Part shown: in pieces, positions 8,685 to 18,427 of the stretch
Position numbering within the stretch: position 1 is the first letter of the stretch
Layout of the letters: the number at the start of each line of letters is the position of its first letter
NCBI GenBank assembly: GCA_965221585.1
Contig: OZ244898.1
Coordinates: forward strand, 1,209,420-1,273,419
Source of the DNA: Candidatus Aldehydirespiratoraceae bacterium
Lineage (GTDB): Bacteria; Actinomycetota; Acidimicrobiia; Acidimicrobiales; Aldehydirespiratoraceae
Direction: 5' to 3'
DNA: 64,000 bases
Program-made: the position numbers and the translations under genes
The notes under the pieces: generated by a model
What the model saw: the letters and a program-made list of their open reading frames with translations, nothing else
Told to the model about the DNA's origin: nothing
The model's database searches: none

Positions 8685-9677
8685 ATGACAGAAGCCCACG
8701 CAGAAGGCGGTGTTGATGACCATTCCGATAGTGGAGATGCCGGGTCTACGCCGTCGGACATTGACTCCTTGAACAGACAGTTCTACCAGGAGCACGGACC
8801 TCCGGGGTATCTTCACATGCGCCTCCGAACTCTCTGTGTGGTCGGTGGTGCCTACGAGCAGTTCAAGGGGATTCTCGCTGAGGGGATCGAGGTCGCCGAC
8901 TTCTCCATGAAGCTCAGCGCAGCAGATGGGGACGATGACGTTGCTATGAAGTCCGACATGGCGTTCAGGGAGCAGTACATGAGCATCGAGGCTCATCATC
9001 TCAAGCATCTGGCTGCGGAAACACTCATACGCATGTTCTTGGGCCATCGAGGGTCTCCGCACTGTCCCTGGTGGGAGATATCGAGAGAGACGAACTTCGC
9101 CACGTTCAAGGAGACAGTCAGCAGCCAAATTCTTCGGGTTGCTGGGCAGAGGTTGATGTCCGATGTGGGCGATGTGTTTCTTGGCCTGCCGACGGATCCT
9201 TCATCTCTGTCTGAAGAACAGTTGGATGTTGTTGACAATCTCGCCAGCTTCTTGCGGGTTTTTGCGAGAGAGTGGTTAGACGAGTCAAAGTCCTACAATG
9301 CCACCAAACATGGGTTGACCGCAGTTCCCTGCGACACCGCTCTGGCCGTCGGCACACACGACAGCAGAATGCTCGCAGTGGGAAGCGGCAAGAGTCTGGC
9401 CCATTTGACGCATAAGCGGCGGCAGAACGGTGAAAGAGAATGGCATCTGACGACTCGGTGGATTCGCTTAGAGCAAGCTTTAGTGGCGACTGATTTGATT
9501 TGCCGAATGCTCGCATCTTTGTGGAGTGTTGCGCGAGCGAGATACGGCATTACGAATCAATACCTTCCGTTCATGCTGCCTTCATCAGCTTTCTCCACAA
9601 AAGAGCTTCAACAGATGGGAGCTAGAGGTGCCAGAGAGATGTCGTGGTACCAGTTCACCGAGATAAATCGACATTGA
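8685..9677 (+). CDS. Hypothetical protein (330 aa), island cargo
   Basis: Protein-like composition with lower GC. Contains HHLKHLAAETLIRMF and SYNATKHGL motifs. I recognise no family. Confidence 0.6.
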   Translation: MTEAHAEGGVDDHSDSGDAGSTPSDIDSLNRQFYQEHGPPGYLHMRLRTLCVVGGAYEQFKGILAEGIEVADFSMKLSAADGDDDVAMKSDMAFREQYMSIEAHHLKHLAAETLIRMFLGHRGSPHCPWWEISRETNFATFKETVSSQILRVAGQRLMSDVGDVFLGLPTDPSSLSEEQLDVVDNLASFLRVFAREWLDESKSYNATKHGLTAVPCDTALAVGTHDSRMLAVGSGKSLAHLTHKRRQNGEREWHLTTRWIRLEQALVATDLICRMLASLWSVARARYGITNQYLPFMLPSSAFSTKELQQMGARGAREMSWYQFTEINRH

Positions 9678-10148
9678 GACATCTGGAGCTCACCGCCTCC
9701 CAGTCGCTTGTTTCACCTGCTCAGCCTCCGATTAGCAGGTTGGTTTGTCGCGATTGCGCGTCATCTCCTGCTTGCAGGGCTATGGAAATCAACGTCTGTT
9801 GGGGACCAGTCGATCTCAACAAACCGGAGGTGCCCGACTGTGTACCGCTGCCACGGGGACCCCTCATTATGACTTCGTGCTCGATCCCGGCTCGTCTGAA
9901 GACGACTGGAGTGCTCTAGAGCCGCCACCCGTGGCGTCTACCCGACGGCTGTTGCGACCATGCGCATGGAACTTGTCGAGGGCCGCTAAAGCCGTGATCT
10001 CGTCATTGTTAGGTCACCGTGGTAGAAGCCCGCGTGCACCTCGCGACCACAAGTCGGCGGTTCACCTGCCACCAATGACGGGCGGGCCACAGCGGCACGG
10101 AGCCGGGCGTGGGGTTCGTTAGGCGGCAGTCAATTCGCTGACGAATCG

Positions 10149-11624
10149 CTATGTCACGTCGAGGTTCAGCGGGTAGGACTCGATTCGTCCGGCGTGCCAT
10201 GAGTAGAACGCCTGTCGGAAGTCGAACTCGGTGCGTCCGGCTGTCTGGCACTTTTTCTTGATCAGGTCGATGATCGCGATCTTGTCGTTGTCGGTCGTGT
10301 CGATGCCGAAGATGATGCCCTTGAGCGCTGAGAAGTCGTAGGTCAGCGTGCGGGCTGCGTTCGGCAGCGTGTCGTCGAGCAGTGTGAAGTTCACGAGCCG
10401 ATGTTCCCGCTCGAACTCCCACTCTTTGGTCTTGGTGCAGATGTCGCGCCAGTATTCGGACCACAGAGCGTCTCGCCATGCATTGATGTCGGCGTCGGGT
10501 GCCATGTGCGCGGCTCTCGACGAAGTGTTGCCCTCGGCGTCGGTGAACCAGACGGCTCGCGTCGAGGTTTCTGGCAGTCTGCTGATCCGATCGAAGAAAT
10601 CGACCTCTTCGAGAGCCTCCACGTACTGCACCTTTTCGAAACGGAACTTCCGTGACGAACGCGAGCGGCGGATCATGGGTTCGTTGTTGCGGCCCCCCAC
10701 AACATCCTCGTGCAAGATAAGTCCGGGTCCGTGCTCGTCGTTGTCCACATCGAAGATGAGACACGCACCGGTGTGCCCGTCCGCATAGCTGCCCCATTGC
10801 GTCGTGTTGCTGTAGCTCTCGGTGAAGGATGCGGCGTACCAGACAGGTCCGACAGCGCGGGACAGCTCCCGCACGTAGGCGTGGGGGAAGTCGGCAAAGA
10901 AGAAGCTGCGCTTTTGCTGAGGCACGCTGTCGATAGGACGAAACGTCGTCATCTTCGACAAGACTCGACGCCTGACCGTCATCTGCTGCATCGCTTCGAA
11001 GCCCAGCTCGATGAAGCTGACATCACCCTCGAGCTGATCGAAGAGGTCGAATATGCGCGGGAACACCTCAGCCGGTTTTGAGGGCCGCTCCAGCAACGCT
11101 TGCGAAGGGTCTTCGGAACCACGTGCGACGTGTGCACGTCCGATCGCCGCGACAGCGGAAAGGTGCAGGAACGTCAGGTAACCCTCGACCTCTGCACTGC
11201 GCGCCTTGTGTCCGAGCGCTTCCAGTCGGGATGCGACTCGTGCGAGATCGAACTGCTGATTGAGGTCGCTCCAGATCTCAGACAAGAGGTCCGCGTAGGG
11301 TTCAGATGGCGGATCGTCCCAGCGCATGTTGATCGGGATGTCGCCTGGACCTACAGGATCGTCCTGCTCCCTCATCCGCAGCAGCAAGTAGATGTGGTGC
11401 AGGCAGTTCACGTAATGGCGGAACAGATTGGTCCAGACGATCCTATCTCCCTGCCACACAAGATCCCGGATCACCTCCGCCGGGTCGTTCAGTTTGGACG
11501 CCTCAGCAAAGTAGATGGTCTGGCCTTGCAGTTCACCGGCGTCGTTAGGGCAGTCAGAGCCGAGCAGGCGGTTGATCGAGCGGAATCGGTAGATCTCATC
11601 CATGCTGAACAGTCTGTGCGTCAA
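10149..11624 (-). CDS. DUF2971-like protein (491 aa)
   Basis: The N-terminus IYRFRSINRLLG...ELQGQTIYFAEASKLNDPAE fits the DUF2971 signature (YhY.s...l..il.n..l.fs....lNDP.E). Confidence 0.7.
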   Translation of the reverse strand: MTHRLFSMDEIYRFRSINRLLGSDCPNDAGELQGQTIYFAEASKLNDPAEVIRDLVWQGDRIVWTNLFRHYVNCLHHIYLLLRMREQDDPVGPGDIPINMRWDDPPSEPYADLLSEIWSDLNQQFDLARVASRLEALGHKARSAEVEGYLTFLHLSAVAAIGRAHVARGSEDPSQALLERPSKPAEVFPRIFDLFDQLEGDVSFIELGFEAMQQMTVRRRVLSKMTTFRPIDSVPQQKRSFFFADFPHAYVRELSRAVGPVWYAASFTESYSNTTQWGSYADGHTGACLIFDVDNDEHGPGLILHEDVVGGRNNEPMIRRSRSSRKFRFEKVQYVEALEEVDFFDRISRLPETSTRAVWFTDAEGNTSSRAAHMAPDADINAWRDALWSEYWRDICTKTKEWEFEREHRLVNFTLLDDTLPNAARTLTYDFSALKGIIFGIDTTDNDKIAIIDLIKKKCQTAGRTEFDFRQAFYSWHAGRIESYPLNLDVT

Positions 11625-12585
11625 TTATGTCGGATGGTGCAATCGAAGCGATCGATGTGACCTTCGGGCCCGTCAGCACCATCGCGGTATGACCGATCGC
11701 GGGCACGCGAACGGTCGTCGGGGTGTCCTAGCTCTGAAACTGACCGAGGTTGTTGACGACTACCACGACCATCTGCCGCGTGTGCGTTGCCGGCCAGAAG
11801 ACTGCCCTTTGCGAATCGATGTCGAGCTGCTTCAAGCCAAGATTCAGTCGTGTCAGGGGAAGATCGGGACTACCGTCCCAGCGTCGCGGGCGCGACCCAC
11901 CCGTACTTTATGACGCCGCTAAGAAAGTATCCGAGGCGGGCACCGTTGCTGTCGATCCATTGTCGGACCGTCGCAATCCTGCCATATACGTATCAAAGAC
12001 AAGGTCGAACGCTTCGGCGGCGACACCGGAGTCGAGGAATCCGTCATGAACTGCGGCGGGCCCGAGGTTGCGGCTGTTCTGACTGTGTCGGCGGTTAGAA
12101 AGGCTCAGTTGGGCCGTGACCACAGCGACTTCAGGTCCATAGAACACACGACTTCGGTTCCAGACTTGACCCGTCGGACAACGCCCTCCCGCCGCTGGGC
12201 AAGCTACGTGAGTTCTTCCGCTGCCCACTGAACTCCCGAACCCCCACGTTGTAGGAAACCCCTCCCGAGCGATCAAGAAGCCAACAGAACTAGGGACAGC
12301 GAACCGTTCTCACCGAACTCCGGCAGACCGCGACCGACACCTGCTCGGACGTTCACGTTTGCGGCTCATCGCACTCCCATGCCTTGTCCTGAACGTCAAC
12401 AGAACAGCGTTTGGGTTGTGTCGTCGTGGGAACAGCTGTCGAAGTGGGCTTCGATATCGGTTCGAGGTTTGGCGGTGTCGGCGCTGGTCGCTGTGTTTCT
12501 GTAACCGCTTCGAGTCTTCGCGGTGATGTGTGGGGTTGCTCAGCCCGACACTTTCACCTCGCCGAATTAATGTCAGGACGACATT

Positions 12586-13455
12586 TTGGGCGGGCACAAT
12601 GATGATGTGACCCCAGAAGACTTCTTTGAGGACGGTGTCGTCGTTGAGGACGGTTACCCCGTGCAACAACGGGTACTCAACCACGATCTGCTGGAACGCA
12701 TACGCGCCAACACCTACACCGACCGGCCTAATGTTGAGGTCGCGACCGCGTTGCTGCGTTTGGCGCATGACGAGCTTTTGGCCTTCGGCACGGACCGTTC
12801 TCAGCGTACCGACGACGAGGACATGCGGCTCATTCTGAGAACGGCTCGGCGGCTCGCTAAACGGTTGGAGGTCGCCTTTCAACTGCCGTTCAGCGACTAT
12901 GGCTCGTTTCACGCCTACTGGGAGGAGAACAACTGTTATGGCAGTTGGGCTGCTCGTCGTGCCGTACTGAGAAACTTGTTTGAGCCAGTGTATCGCGACC
13001 TTGAGGATCGTGAAGACGATGAGCTTGAGGCAAGCCTCGCCCAACCGATTACAAGCCATTCTGGTACGGGATGGCCAGAAGTCGATATAGCGATCAAGGA
13101 TCTACGGCGGCACTTCCGAGATGCCCGCAGCCCTCTGGATTACCGAAACATCGGAAACGACTGCGATGCCGTTCTCGAACGGCTCAGCGTGACCTTGTTC
13201 GACGCGAAACTTCATCTCAAAGAGGGCGAACAAGAGCCATCCGTCTCACAAACGAAGAACCGGATCGGCAGGTTCGTAGAAGTCGCTGCTCCCGACGGGC
13301 GCACGAATGAGAAGATCAGAAAGCTCGCCAACGCAACGATTGATCTGGCCCAGGCCGTCAAACACAACCAAGAGGGGACTCGGAGGAATGCCGGGATCGC
13401 CGCAGACTCAGTGATTCTGCTTGCGAGTCTGCTCCGCTGGTTTGCTGAGGAATGA
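12586..13455 (+). CDS. Hypothetical protein (289 aa), island cargo
   Basis: Has protein-like composition, unlike the Arg/Pro-rich antisense ORF 12310-13059. I recognise no family with confidence. Confidence 0.6.
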   Translation: MGGHNDDVTPEDFFEDGVVVEDGYPVQQRVLNHDLLERIRANTYTDRPNVEVATALLRLAHDELLAFGTDRSQRTDDEDMRLILRTARRLAKRLEVAFQLPFSDYGSFHAYWEENNCYGSWAARRAVLRNLFEPVYRDLEDREDDELEASLAQPITSHSGTGWPEVDIAIKDLRRHFRDARSPLDYRNIGNDCDAVLERLSVTLFDAKLHLKEGEQEPSVSQTKNRIGRFVEVAAPDGRTNEKIRKLANATIDLAQAVKHNQEGTRRNAGIAADSVILLASLLRWFAEE

Positions 13456-13934
13456 GTGTCGGTCGTGTCGACGTCACCCGGCGACGAGCAAACTGCTGTT
13501 GAAGCGATCGGGTGTTGGGGGTAACTCGGCAGGTCGTGAGACGGACGGCGGTCGTAAACCGCTCTTGAAACGCGTGACAGAACGGATCGGGGCTCGCCAA
13601 CCTCCGTCGGAGTCGCCGGCCGCCCAGTACGCTGGCGGAAGCTTCCATGAAGCTAGGGATAGGCGGGCGACTTGCTCCAACGGCAACCTGTTGGACCGTA
13701 GACACTGTTACCCGGGACTGATGCCGAGAATACGTGCGATGCTTGCGGCTGGACGCTTCCGGCGCGATCGCTGGGTGGACTGGTCAGTCGGTGAGGTGCG
13801 AGACCTGCGTGTTCCCTGAGACCACCTGCGTGTCCAAGACTCGATGCCACATAGCCCCGTCCCCATCGAGAACCTCACACCCTGCGAACACCAAATGCCC
13901 TGTCGTCGCATGACTCGGTTCACGGCAGACTGAG

Positions 13935-15193
13935 TTGGTGTTCGACAACGACCGTCACCTCTCAGAGGGCTTCTTCGCCAATCTCGGTACTCGACTACGG
14001 TCCTATCTGACAGGAAATCGCCAGGTAAAGAAGTACTTGAAGATGCATCGTCGCGCGACCGAGGAGTATCTCGCGCATGCAATTGCTCGACCTCGTGAGA
14101 TACTCAGCGGAGAGTCAGGTCTGCGCGCTGGCTTCGAAGCACGCTTGGAAGCCAGGTGGGGCCATGGTCTTGATTTGGCCGATCTCGTGGTCCATGAGGG
14201 CTTCGAGTCTGGTAGGTGGTCGAACGACCTTCTGCAGCAGCAAACTTCACCTCATAAGGACCGGAAGTTCGAAGCGCTCGTAAGGCTCCACGGGAAAGCT
14301 ATAATGACCACCCGCGAGGTTTTGCTCCTGCTCCGAAGCGGGTACTCATCGGGCGGGCTAGCTCGCTGGCGGACGGTACACGAGGTCTGGGTTGTTTTTT
14401 CGCTGTTGGCAGACGCCGACTCGGAGTTGAGCCGGCGTTATCTCGCTCACGACGCCATCGAGGCCAGCAAAGGACAGGAAGACTACGAACAGACTTGGGA
14501 GGCACTTGGATTCGAACCACCCGACTGGACATCAGCTGAACGCGAAAGGACCCGAACAGCTTTGTCCGACGAGTACGGTGACAGCTTCTTGCGCGACTAC
14601 GGGTGGGCGGCACCGCTGTTCAATGGACGCGCACCAAGGTTCAACAGTTGCAGGAACGAGCCGAGTTAGACCACTGGAGAGGCTTCTACCGCATGGCATC
14701 GCATGGTACCCATGCCAACCCAACGGGAATCACGTGGAACATCCAGGACCCCGACATGACAGACCGAGTTTGGGCAGGGCCATCCAACGCAGGACTAGTC
14801 GACCCGGCACAGTGCTCGCTCATTGCGCTCACAAATATCACAGGCCGCCTGATCGCTTACACCATCGACCAACTTGCTGAACCAGACGAAATTGAAACCC
14901 TTGAACACCAGAGCTTCGCGCTCGCGCAACTGCAAAAACTCCCGGCCCTAATGGAGCACGCGATCCAGACACTCGCCGCAGTGCACGCTCAGCAAGAAAG
15001 CGAGGAGCAGGCCAAAGCCGAACTTGTAAATCGAGTAGTGGAGTTCCTGCAAGCGACAGCACCCATGAAGGCGGAGGATCTGTCAGCGCGACTCGACATT
15101 GACCTTCAGGATCTCACGGAAGCACTTGACGAGGCAGTCTCGCGCGGTTTGTTGATCCAAGAGACCCACTATCGCACCGAGGTTGCCGGGTAA
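13935..15193 (+). pseudogene. DUF5677-like gene split by a frameshift near 14620-14650
   Basis: ORF 13935-14669 and ORF 14603-15193 overlap in different frames. Joined, they read ...DYGWAAPLFNGRAPRF / QQLQERAELDHWRGFYRMASHGTHANP. The DUF5677 assignment is from memory of the family pattern (medium certainty). Confidence 0.55.
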
Positions 15194-15346
15194 GCGAACA
15201 GAGAACAAACTCATCAGACAACTCTCAGCCTGCACGACCAGTCTCGGTAGGCAAACCACCGCGACAGCCTTATCAGCAGAGACCGGGCGAAGGCATTTCC
15301 GGTGCCAAACGGTCAACTGAAGGCACTGTGCTCTTCGCTCGCCTTG

Positions 15347-18139
15347 TCAGCCTGCGGGTCTCGAGGCGGGTTTGCGCCTGCGCTGCCTCGCCGGCTTCTC
15401 GGCCAGCTGTCCTGTCATCGTGATGTAGCGGTCGAACAGGACTCTGAGGCGTGCTTGGTCCTGTTCGAGGTTGGAGCGGGGTGCGAAGGCAGCGTCGACT
15501 GCTTTGTCGAGCGCGTCGTGGGAGCCGACGAGGTTCTTCGGCATGGACAGGGGGTTGTAGAGGTCGGCGAGGGTCGCTTCGGGAAACTCCGCGCGGGCGT
15601 CGAGCACCGCTTTGGCGCGGCCCTCGATGCGCTGTTGCTGCTGAGCGGTCAGGTTCGGGAACGGGAACGTGTTGTATACGCTGCCCGGCGAGATCCTGGG
15701 GTCGCTTTTGAGGCGGCCGCCGACGGTGCGGGTCCACAGGGTGAACATCGCCGATTGGAGCACTCCGAACAGCCACAGCGGGGCGCTTTCTATGGTGTAG
15801 AGCTGGTTGGTGGCGATGTCGTCGGCGCCGAGGTAGGCCATGGGGGCGACCCGGTAGTTCTCGCTGCTCACTTCGGGGACGGCGAGGTATCCGCCGGCGG
15901 GCTGCTTGTTGTTCCAGAACAGCGCCGGTGTGGCAGCCGTTTCCTGTGTCTGGGCGCTGTCCGAGGACAAGCGGTGGTCGCGGACCTTGGCGAGCCGCTC
16001 TGTCAGCTCTGGCCATTGTCTGAGCTCGGTGGGCGTGGCTTCTGCGAGCCACAAGCACCAGCGCTCCACGCCTTGGAGGAGTTCTTTGGACCCGTACAGG
16101 CTGCGGACGAACTTCTTTCTGAGGTCTTTTGGCAGAGCGCTGCGTTCTTTGGGGGTGAGTATTAGGTTGCCGCCGTCATTCGGTTTGCTCCCGATGCTCA
16201 GCTCGGGGACGCCTCCGAGCGGGGTGCTCCGTTTCGCCACGCCGACCATCGGGCTGTCGACGAGGTAGACGTTGATCTCCCGGGCGGACTCCTCGATGCC
16301 TTCGGCGTGCAGATCCGGGTAGAAGTACAGCCTGCGCTTCCGTCCGGGAGTTTTGGCGAAGCCCACGATCACGACGTGCACGTGGGCTCTGCCGCGGGCT
16401 TCGCTGGTCCACGCGAATGTGCGGTGGGCGAATTCGATGGTCGCTCCGCGCCGCTCCAACAGAGAGTGCAGTGCCGACGCCTGCTCACCCTGGGTGATCG
16501 AGTTAGTGGACACGAAAGCACAGCGGGTGCGCGGGCCGATGTAGTCGACAGCCTTCGCGTACCAGCCCAGCACGTAGTCGATCCGCTTGGGGGTGCCTGT
16601 GGGCATGACCCGCTCCATGTCGGCTTTCTGCTCGTCTGTTCGGAGCCGGAACCCGACAAAGGGCGGGTTGCCGTACACGTAGTCGGCCCGGTCGGATGGC
16701 AGGAGGCTGTTCCAGTCTGTGTCCAGCGCGTTGGCGATCAAGATGTGTGGGCTGGACTGGATCGGGAACCGGACGAAGTATCGGCCGAACTCGGACGACG
16801 CCTCCCGGTTGGCGATGTGGTCGGCAAGGTAGAGCGCCGTGGAAGCGATGCGAGCCGGGAACTCCTCGCTCTCGATGCCGTAGAACTGCGAAACGTTCAC
16901 CTTCAACATCAGATCCAAGTCCATCACTCGCTGGCCAGGCTGCTCACCTGCCGTGCCCCGGCGAGTGGCGCGCTTTTTGGAGATCGCCTTGAGAGTCTCG
17001 GTTTCCAGCCGGCGTAACTCCCGGTAGGCGATTACGAGGAAGTTCCCGCATCCCGCCGCCGGGTCGAAGAACGTCAAAGAGGCGAGTTTCGCGTGGAACG
17101 CCTCCAGCTTCGGCAGGCTGTCGGCCCGGGCCAGTTCCTTTTCGAGGTCCTCGAGGAACAGAGGGCGGATGACCCGCATGATGTTCTCCTCGGTCGTGTA
17201 GTGGGCGCCGATCTCGCGGCGCTCCGCCGGGGTCATCACCTCTTGGAACAAAGAGCCGAAGATCGCCGGTGAGATCGCCGCCCAGTTGAACCTGCACACC
17301 TCTAGCAGCGCCTTTCGGGCCGCGGAAGTGCAGTGAGCTATCGGTATCTGCTCGGCGAACAGGTCGCCGTTGATGTAGGCGAAATGCGCCAGGTGGTCGT
17401 CGATGGCGGGGCTGCGCTGGTCTGCTGGTTTGTCGAGCTCTTGGAACAGCGTGGCGATGCGGGCGCCGAGGTCCTTGCCGTCTTGGCGGCTCTGCGCCAC
17501 GTAGGAGGCGAACAGGCCGCTTTCCCACACTGCTGTGCTGTCCGCAAAGACGCAGAACAACACCCTCGTCAACCACACACGCCTTGCGTGATCGTCGTAG
17601 CTGGCGCGTTCTAGCTCATCGTGGAGGTCGCGCATCAGCATCGTCGCGGCGAGATTCAGCTCCTCCGTCGAGGCAAAGTCGGCCTTTTGGTCGTGCCCGG
17701 CCAACCACCAGAACCGCTCGACGTTGTCGGGAAGCTCGCTGAGGGAGAACACGCCCTCGGCGCGGGTATCGTAGTCGTGGAACTTGAAGCGGGCGAAGTC
17801 GCAAGCCACAGCCATTCTCGGGGCCTCCTCGTCGGGGATCGAAGGCAGATAGTCGAGCAGCTGCCTCATGGCTCCCTCCAAGTCCTTGCCCGCCGACTTG
17901 TGCTCCACCGCCAGTTTCTGGGGCACGAACAGGTCTATCCGCCCTTTCTCTCCCGTCGACAGCCGCTCCGCGTGCTTCTCGTACTGGCCCACCAACTTGC
18001 GGTCGATGTCGAAGATGCCGAAGAACTCGTCCCAGAATGAGTGCGACTCCGCCCGCTCGCTCTCGGCGCCCTCCCATCTTTTGGAGAATCGTGCGGCCGC
18101 ATCTCGGATCTCATCCTTCGTCACCGCAACAGCCTCCAT
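15347..18139 (-). CDS. MmeI-family Type IIL (IIG) restriction-modification enzyme, with nuclease and N6-adenine methyltransferase in one polypeptide
   Basis: Appears collinear with MmeI as I recall its sequence; no alignment was run. Shared blocks include FSKRWEGA, the PD-ExK-like IDLF...LAVEHKSAGKDL, and LFCVFADSTAVWE. Further blocks are ISPAIFGSLFQEVM, GAHYTTEENI, FFDPAAGCGNFLV, YGNPPFVG, AFVSTNSITQGEQ and VGGRLKSDPRISPGSVYNTFPFP. Confidence 0.92.
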   Translation of the reverse strand: MEAVAVTKDEIRDAAARFSKRWEGAESERAESHSFWDEFFGIFDIDRKLVGQYEKHAERLSTGEKGRIDLFVPQKLAVEHKSAGKDLEGAMRQLLDYLPSIPDEEAPRMAVACDFARFKFHDYDTRAEGVFSLSELPDNVERFWWLAGHDQKADFASTEELNLAATMLMRDLHDELERASYDDHARRVWLTRVLFCVFADSTAVWESGLFASYVAQSRQDGKDLGARIATLFQELDKPADQRSPAIDDHLAHFAYINGDLFAEQIPIAHCTSAARKALLEVCRFNWAAISPAIFGSLFQEVMTPAERREIGAHYTTEENIMRVIRPLFLEDLEKELARADSLPKLEAFHAKLASLTFFDPAAGCGNFLVIAYRELRRLETETLKAISKKRATRRGTAGEQPGQRVMDLDLMLKVNVSQFYGIESEEFPARIASTALYLADHIANREASSEFGRYFVRFPIQSSPHILIANALDTDWNSLLPSDRADYVYGNPPFVGFRLRTDEQKADMERVMPTGTPKRIDYVLGWYAKAVDYIGPRTRCAFVSTNSITQGEQASALHSLLERRGATIEFAHRTFAWTSEARGRAHVHVVIVGFAKTPGRKRRLYFYPDLHAEGIEESAREINVYLVDSPMVGVAKRSTPLGGVPELSIGSKPNDGGNLILTPKERSALPKDLRKKFVRSLYGSKELLQGVERWCLWLAEATPTELRQWPELTERLAKVRDHRLSSDSAQTQETAATPALFWNNKQPAGGYLAVPEVSSENYRVAPMAYLGADDIATNQLYTIESAPLWLFGVLQSAMFTLWTRTVGGRLKSDPRISPGSVYNTFPFPNLTAQQQQRIEGRAKAVLDARAEFPEATLADLYNPLSMPKNLVGSHDALDKAVDAAFAPRSNLEQDQARLRVLFDRYITMTGQLAEKPARQRRRKPASRPAG

Positions 18140-18427
18140 GGCCGACGATTATCTCACATCGGGAGCAGAGGCGCGTATGCCGCAGACCGCAACCCGAGGA
18201 TCCGACCAGGACCGGCTGTCGGCTCGGGCCAACACCCGACTCCACGAATCAGAAACAGCGTTACGTGCGAAACGAGCGGCCGGGACGCTGGCGGTGGTTT
18301 CTGACGGTGTCGGCGATGTCGGCGCCGACCGCCGCACGATCCGCAGCAACTACGACCGCGACGCCCGGATAGGGCACCGTTCAGCAACCAGCAAACAAAA
18401 TGCCGGGTTCGGGTTCGGCTACGACCT

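Larger units (their letters stand above)
5988..18427. mobile_element. Genomic (defence) island A, headed by an integrase remnant
   Basis: Bounded by ~155-bp direct repeats (5988-6140 and 18428-18582). GC is visibly lower, roughly 50-58% by eye in 8-15 kb against about 65% in flanking core. Content is AbiE, an MmeI-like enzyme and orphan genes in mixed orientations. Confidence 0.6.

Noticed and set aside
12310-13059. 249-aa minus-strand ORF overlapping the 289-aa plus-strand ORF.
   Set aside because: Its composition (runs of R, P, V and Q, with no motif) is less protein-like than that of the plus-strand ORF. Only one of the two can be real.
15273-18077. Many 60-290-aa ORFs in other frames or strands across the MmeI-like gene (for example 15302-16165 on the plus strand, 16307-17017 on the plus strand and 15273-16058 on the minus strand).
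   Set aside because: They overlap a 930-aa ORF that appears collinear with MmeI as I recall it. They are typical high-GC shadow ORFs.
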